41,481 nucleotides of DNA, taken from positions 1 to 41,481 of the forward strand of contig NKIB01014678.1 in the NCBI GenBank assembly GCA_002256025.1, read 5' to 3'. The translations under genes and the position numbers were made by a program. Of this stretch, positions 35,969-41,481 are shown piece by piece. Below the pieces are notes generated by a model, which had not been told where the DNA came from, did not search any database, and was given only the letters and a program-made list of their open reading frames with translations. Every line of letters starts with the position of its first letter. Position 1 is the first letter of the stretch. Source of the stretch: Asterionella formosa (Eukaryota).

Positions 35969-36397
35969 ATGGCACCATCGTTACGATCTTCCAAAGAATC
36001 AATCGCAAAGAAAGATGCAAGCGCCAAACATATCCATGTGAAGAAACCAAGAGTTTCTCAAATCACCGATGATGCACCTAGCAAACAGAAGCCTACCACG
36101 AACTCCCCCAGGGTCGTCACTCCCTTTGCATCTTCCAAGAAAAAAACAGCCTGGAAGACACCCACGGTCATTGATTATGACACAATCCTCCCTACTTTCA
36201 CCGTCAAGGCAGTGGTAGCTGATTTCTATGTTCGGGTTTTAGGGATGCCACAGAACAATCATGCACTAAGCTTGATTCAGCAAAGACTTCGATTCACTCT
36301 TGCTGATCGGCCATGGATTGTGCAAGTTATGGAAGATGTCAGGGCAGCCTATGGGCGGGGAGAACAGTATGATTATTTCAAAGGGGCAGAAGCATAG
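35969..36397 (+). CDS. Hypothetical 142-aa basic protein
   Basis: ATG in ACAATGGC context. Lys/Ser/Pro-rich N-half followed by a helical-looking C-terminal domain. Intact ORF, no recognised family. Confidence 0.55.
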   Translation: MAPSLRSSKESIAKKDASAKHIHVKKPRVSQITDDAPSKQKPTTNSPRVVTPFASSKKKTAWKTPTVIDYDTILPTFTVKAVVADFYVRVLGMPQNNHALSLIQQRLRFTLADRPWIVQVMEDVRAAYGRGEQYDYFKGAEA

Positions 36398-36641
36398 CAA
36401 AATGTTCCGCTTTGGTGGGAGCTGTTGCTAATGGCCCTGGGGGGAAAGCAACCAAATGACAAGACAGTAGCAAGGAAAAAGAATTATAAGGCTTGATAGA
36501 TATATCACAGAACCACTATAGTTATACAGTATCAATATTCTGATGTGTGCATAAATCAACATTCAAACAATATCCTTGAATCGCTGGGATGTACGAATAT
36601 CTATCAACGTTGCCAATGATAACAATTGTGCAGCTGGTCGC

Positions 36642-37968
36642 TTACTTCTTTTTGGCCCTAGCCTTGAACTTGGGGCGCTTATTCACACGGTCTTGATTGG
36701 TTGGAGCTAACAAGGGAATAGCGGCATCAGGCGACTGTGTGTTCTCGACAAGTTCCTTGAAATTGTCGAAGAGGGGATCGTCACCAAAGATTGACTCCAT
36801 CGACATTGGAGGAAGAGTAGGAATTGTGGGTAGTTCTATCTCAGTTTCGTCAACTACTTCCATCTGATCTGTCGCTGTTTCTGCTTCTGTGGTCGTTGAT
36901 GCTTCCGGTATCGTTGGTGGTGGCTCGAATGGTTCAGTTGTAGGTTGATGAATTATTGGCGTTTCCTTGGTAATCACGATTGAATCCTTGTCAACGTGGA
37001 AAACCGAAAGATCTGTGGAATTATGTAGCATAGAGGTGAGATACAAATCCAAAACAATCAACGTACACTCAAGTCCACACCACATCCCACGCACCAATTG
37101 CAACCTTTGCCTTGGGATCCAACGCCAACTCAATCAACTTTGGATTCTTTGAACTTTCAATTTGATACTTGCGTTTTAATTGCTTTCTCGTTCGATCCTC
37201 AAAGTATGATTCCATACAAGCAAAGTCTGTACCAACCTGCCGTAAAGCCGAGTAAAACAATTTTGTCTCCGTGACATTCCAATGTTGTGGCTTGCGTCTT
37301 TGGACAAACGAATTGTAAGATGCCCCCACAACCGCCGTATGACCTTCTTCTTCCACAACTTGGTCAAATTCTTCTTCTAATTCTGCTACTGTTTTCCTTA
37401 CATTTGGTACTACCATGGATGAAGCCTGCAAAACAATCTCGCCATTAATAATTTGAACGACGGGACCAGCAGTTGTAGTAGGCTCAGTAGTTGCTGCCAT
37501 CATTGGAGGGGGCTCCAGTACAGGTTGCTTTTCCTTCACGATGACCCCTTTGGAACGATAGCTGCTACAAAATCTAGATAAGGCTGTGACAGGCACTCCG
37601 TCGTCTGGGGGTTGGTGCGATGAAGATGAACGTTGCTGCCGGCCATCACTTTGTTTGCCAGGTACTTGCGATTCTTCCGTGGTGAGTGGCGCTTGATTTT
37701 CAGCATGTGTGGTGGTGTGTGAGGTGTGTTCCAATAATGATGATGCGTATGGCGGAGTAATCTGGGATTCTTTCCCTTCCTGAGGAGTGTGTAAAGGGTC
37801 AGTGTGCTCTGCAATGATGGTTTCTGCGTTCTTTCGCTGCACAACCACTTTGGTTGGAGTAGGGATTTTTGCGGCTTTCTTCTTTTGATTGGCTGGTCGA
37901 AAGGCAGGGCGGCGCTTCTTGTCAGTTGTATTGTTCGTTGGTAGGAGTGATATGGTAGACGACGACAT
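36642..37968 (-). CDS. BDP1: TFIIIB subunit B'' (BDP1/TFC5) SANT/Myb-domain protein; exons 37968-37095 and 37012-36642
   Basis: GPVVQIINGEIVLQASSMVV, SYNSF...WNVTETKLFYSALRQVGTDF...F..RTRKQLKRKY..E...NP.LIELAL are BDP1 hallmarks. Intron 37094-37013 (GTGCG...ACAG) gives VAI/DLSVF in phase. Confidence 0.88.
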
Positions 37969-38411
37969 GATAAACGAGTGCAATGCGGTGAACAGAAGCG
38001 GTCGAAAGATAACTATGGACTTGAATCACCCTTTGTCATGGTTCTTTTGCTATAATTGTACTCGAGTACATATGGATTTTGTTGATCTATGCATTATTTT
38101 TGTTTCTCGATCTGTTGTCAGTATGGCAAATATCTGCTTCCATTGAAACGCAAGAGATTCCTGATTCCAAATTTAGTGATGCGTGCATCAGGGAGTTCGT
38201 TTGCTAAACGATTGCAGATGATGGCTGGAAATTGTGATCCTTTATATCATTGTAGACTTGTTGCGCACGAAAGGCGTATGCTGCTGTGATATACAATTCA
38301 TCTAATAAGGCGTAAGACTATTGAGAGATAACAAAGTTAGAGATAGTAACAATCATTGATAATTGAAAGGAAACAATGAAAAAGGCGCTACAGCAGCCAA
38401 ACGGAAACAAA

Positions 38412-39452
38412 ATGCATGTAGTTCTGCTTCTATTCGTTGTGCCTAGCACACAGGCGTGGCTGTCTGCAAATCCTTCCAGTGCGCAATTGCCATCTAGGTT
38501 TATCACGAGATTATGGGATGAAGATATGAAAGGTGGTCGACGACAGTCTATTCGTGAGCCTGTCACCAATGTGTTTTCCAGTGGCAATCGGACGAGTACA
38601 AACGAGGGCCTGCCAGAGCCTACCTTGTCAGAATTTCAGTTGACAATACTCAAGACAGAAAACGAAATTCTGAGAAACACAGTCCGTCAATTAGAACTAG
38701 AAAATGAACGTCTTCGACATAATTCTCCTACTATTGTGATTGAAACTTTTGAAGGCGAGGGCCAGTTACCATCACCATACCTAAGTCATTCCTCGCTACC
38801 GGACTATGGAGTATCTGAAATTGACTATTCCACCCAATGGTGCGACGAACTAAATGGGCAAGGCACGTGTCCCTTGGAGCCCACTGTTTCCTTTCGAAGT
38901 GCCGTCAAAGACCGCGCCCTATGGCTTGTGGGCCTTCTTGCCTTCCAATCCTGTTCAGGATTTATTCTTTCCCGAAACGAAGCCCTCTTGGAACAGCACC
39001 CTACCATTATATACTTTCTTACCATGTTAGTTGGTGCTGGCGGAAATGCCGGTAACCAAGCATCTGTTCGAGTTATTCGAGGTTTGGCTTTGGGCACACT
39101 GAACAACACCACGCAACCACAATTTCTCTTGCGTGAACTGAACATGGCAGGGGCCCTTTGTGTTATTATTTCTTTTGCTGGCTTTTTCAGAGCTGCAGCG
39201 TTTCGGACGCCCCTCCCTGAAACTATCGCCGTAACGAGTGCACTGGCGATGATTGTATTTTCTAGTATTTGTTTGGGAGCAGTTCTTCCACTTGTTTTGA
39301 AGAAATTGGGCGTGGATCCGGCACATTCGTCCACAACCATTCAAGTCATGATGGATATTTTGGGTGTAGTTTTGACTGTTGTAGTGAGTGGGGCTGTACT
39401 GGACAGCGCTATTGGGCAGAGGTTGGTGAGTCGACTGACTGGTGGATTATAG
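38412..39452 (+). CDS. mgtE: MgtE/SLC41-family Mg2+ transporter, probably plastid-targeted
   Basis: DRALWLVGLL, LTMLVGAGGNAGNQASVRVIRGLALG, LPLVLKKLGVDPAHSSTTIQVMMDILG. Leader MHVVLLLFVVPSTQA-W followed by Ser/Arg-rich transit-like peptide. An alternative in-frame ATG lies at 38376. Confidence 0.88.
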   Translation: MHVVLLLFVVPSTQAWLSANPSSAQLPSRFITRLWDEDMKGGRRQSIREPVTNVFSSGNRTSTNEGLPEPTLSEFQLTILKTENEILRNTVRQLELENERLRHNSPTIVIETFEGEGQLPSPYLSHSSLPDYGVSEIDYSTQWCDELNGQGTCPLEPTVSFRSAVKDRALWLVGLLAFQSCSGFILSRNEALLEQHPTIIYFLTMLVGAGGNAGNQASVRVIRGLALGTLNNTTQPQFLLRELNMAGALCVIISFAGFFRAAAFRTPLPETIAVTSALAMIVFSSICLGAVLPLVLKKLGVDPAHSSTTIQVMMDILGVVLTVVVSGAVLDSAIGQRLVSRLTGGL

Positions 39453-40499
39453 GAAGTACGTTTGCTAATGGGAAGATATCATGCTGCGAGATGAGATTGG
39501 AGGTATCTAAGGTAAAGATGACGGCACAATCAATGGCGGCTACTCCGTATATGCGCTCACATTGTTAGTAAGCAACCTACCGGTACTAGTTTGCTCGGTT
39601 CAGGCTTTGGGATGTACTTGGTACCAGGTACTACAACTTTCGCCTTGGCTGTTAAGATTGCCTTGCTTGTAGCTTCCGATAGTTCTCGGTCTATTTGTAT
39701 TCCTGTGATATCGATCCAGGAGCGACGGCGGTCAAATTTTCCCGATGAAAAATCAGCCTTTGCTCGTTCGGCTCGCGCACACGTGCCTTGACTGGCCACA
39801 CGCTATTATCGAATTTTCATACATGATCATCTGGTTGTGGACCATCACGGGAATGAACTCCGAAACCACTCTGAGCACGAGTCAGGGACAAATTCCCAAA
39901 TTTTGCTTTAAACCATACCACGGCGTAAAGAGAGTCTACCTGTTAGATTACTGACAACGTCTATAGATCCAGTCGACTAGCTGTGTGAACCTTCTCGTCT
40001 CTCTAGACTTACGTTACTAGGTAAGTCTAGCTAATCTACCAGTAGAGGCAGTAACTTGCAACTCTATCGGTAGCTACTACCGTAGTCGACTCTACTAGGC
40101 GAGGAGACCAGCAAGTAGAGTTAGCACTACATAGAACCAACGAAACATTGGCTCTCGAGTGTAACTACTACTCGAGCCTCCTCGAAAGTAAAAGTAGCCT
40201 TGTTAGCTCCCAGCATCTAGCATCTACGTACAGTATGGGGAAGGCCACAAAGCAAAAGTTCCTAAAAGTTTAGTAGCTCCATGCGCTACTCGACAATAGT
40301 GTAGTCTAGCGGGTAGATGCCAGGAGTAGATACTATATTTTCAAAACCGATATTAAAGTTATAAGTAGGTCAGTTCAAGTTAAAACTTCCAAGCCTATTG
40401 TGATATGCAATGCCATGGAAAGAATATATGTATACACACCAATCCACCTGTACAAGAAACGATCGATCGTGCCATTTTTAACAGACTTTAGTAGCGAGG

Positions 40500-41219
40500 T
40501 CAATATAGTTCAAGACTCATACTCACAGTAGTTGGAATGCTACTCGACATGCTCACTACATCATTGTCCTCATAATTTCCCGTTTGTTGAGCCACGATCT
40601 GGACATGATCCAACAATGAATTGCCCCGAAGCACTGCATACTCCTCCCGAATGGACGTTGTGTGCGATGTGTCATTTGAAGAGCGAAAAGTCCTTCTATG
40701 CACCACTTGAATAGTCGTTGGAATGGGAACTGGGAACTGTTCCTCTTCGGGAGATTGATGCTCATCTTGCGCCGCCGTGTCCACCAATGTTTCAGCGCAA
40801 ATGCCATCCATGCCGTCTGTGCAAGCGGAAACAATAGTGAAAAAGGATTGCAGTTCATGCACCAGTGCGACTGGAGTTTGCAAAATCACATTCGTTTCCA
40901 GCGGCACGGTCGCCAGTGGTTGCTCGGCCATGATTCCCTCTGAGGGAAACGTGAACGACTCGTTTCTACTGTGGAGCAAGAGTTGTTCTGGATCAATGTC
41001 ATTCACATGATTTCGACTGAGCTTCTTGAGACGAGCTACAAACAGATGCTGCATTTCTCTTGAGTTCAAGCCACTTTCCATGGAGTCTTTGCTTGAAGTG
41101 CCAGATGACACGAGGGAAGATGTTAAGGCCGGAGATTCGTGCATATCGACGGTCCGGTGTGGTTGCTTCGGCATCGTCTCTCGTCGAGACGACCGACGCC
41201 GTGGCCATCGGAGCTTCAT
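40500..41219 (-). CDS. Hypothetical Ser/Thr-rich protein (~239 aa)
   Basis: Intact ORF from ATG 41219 (ACAATG context) with coding-like composition; no recognisable domain. Confidence 0.65.
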   Translation of the reverse strand: MKLRWPRRRSSRRETMPKQPHRTVDMHESPALTSSLVSSGTSSKDSMESGLNSREMQHLFVARLKKLSRNHVNDIDPEQLLLHSRNESFTFPSEGIMAEQPLATVPLETNVILQTPVALVHELQSFFTIVSACTDGMDGICAETLVDTAAQDEHQSPEEEQFPVPIPTTIQVVHRRTFRSSNDTSHTTSIREEYAVLRGNSLLDHVQIVAQQTGNYEDNDVVSMSSSIPTTVSMSLELY

Positions 41220-41364
41220 TGTTTGGTTTTTCTGAATTGTAAGAATAAGCAAGCGAATGAAAAAGTCGAACCATCAATTATGTGAATGTACATATCATCA
41301 GATGTATAATAACCGGGCCGATGCTTTCAGATTATTAAGGTTCGGACCTTTCGTTAGTATCAGT

Positions 41365-41397
41365 GTATAATTGTACACGACGTATAATTGTACACGG
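41365..41397. repeat. Direct duplication of near-palindromic GTATAATTGTACACG (17-bp spacing) upstream of the last gene
   Basis: GTGTATAATTGTACACGACGTATAATTGTACACGG read directly. Confidence 0.75.
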
Positions 41398-41481
41398 AAG
41401 GTTTTGAGTTGTGTGAAAAATTGTGAAAAAAGTCGACACTGCTGCACGCGGAAGGTCGCGTGGTAAAACTGTGCAGTTCGA

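Noticed and set aside
36642..37968. Functional linkage of BDP1 with the tRNA cluster
   Set aside because: They are about 19 kb apart with unrelated genes between, and BDP1 acts in trans, so this is most likely coincidence.
39557..39954. Small ORFs downstream of mgtE
   Set aside because: Non-ATG starts, no motifs, and one runs through the GGTACC palindrome cluster.

Overview
Gene-dense eukaryotic nuclear DNA, most likely from a diatom. This is inferred from short 68-139 bp GT-AG introns, a bipartite plastid-targeting leader, an RNase H-bearing non-LTR relic and 'LPLHxAC' ankyrin-like proteins. I can support about 13 protein genes: TPR protein, ~2000-aa GRIP golgin, PP2C phosphatase, PDCD2L/TSR4, METTL24-like methyltransferase, membrane-anchored SET protein, EngB/YihA GTPase, ankyrin-like protein, GNAT-LysM-LysM-HMG protein, BDP1, plastid MgtE and two hypotheticals. 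Several gene models were rebuilt by hand across introns. There is also a tRNA-Lys(CTT) cluster with two intact copies and one decayed copy. The gene-poor zones (about 19.3-22.7 kb and 24.1-28.8 kb) hold decayed mobile DNA: a LINE relic with RNase H, zinc finger and C-terminal PIP box, a second LINE zinc-finger fragment, and a TIR-bounded MITE-like element. Two inverted copies of a ~220 bp element carry Helitron-type ends (A|TC ... hairpin ... CTAG|T). The most interesting leads are the GNAT-LysM-HMG chromatin-type protein with repeated RKAAP motifs, the mini-Helitron pair, clustered TACC(W)GGTA/GGTACC palindromes in intergenic DNA, a membrane-anchored and possibly lumenal SET methyltransferase next to a type II methyltransferase, and a CX8C-bearing plastid MgtE. 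No CRISPR array or prokaryotic system was seen. All family assignments come from motif recognition by eye, not from database searches.
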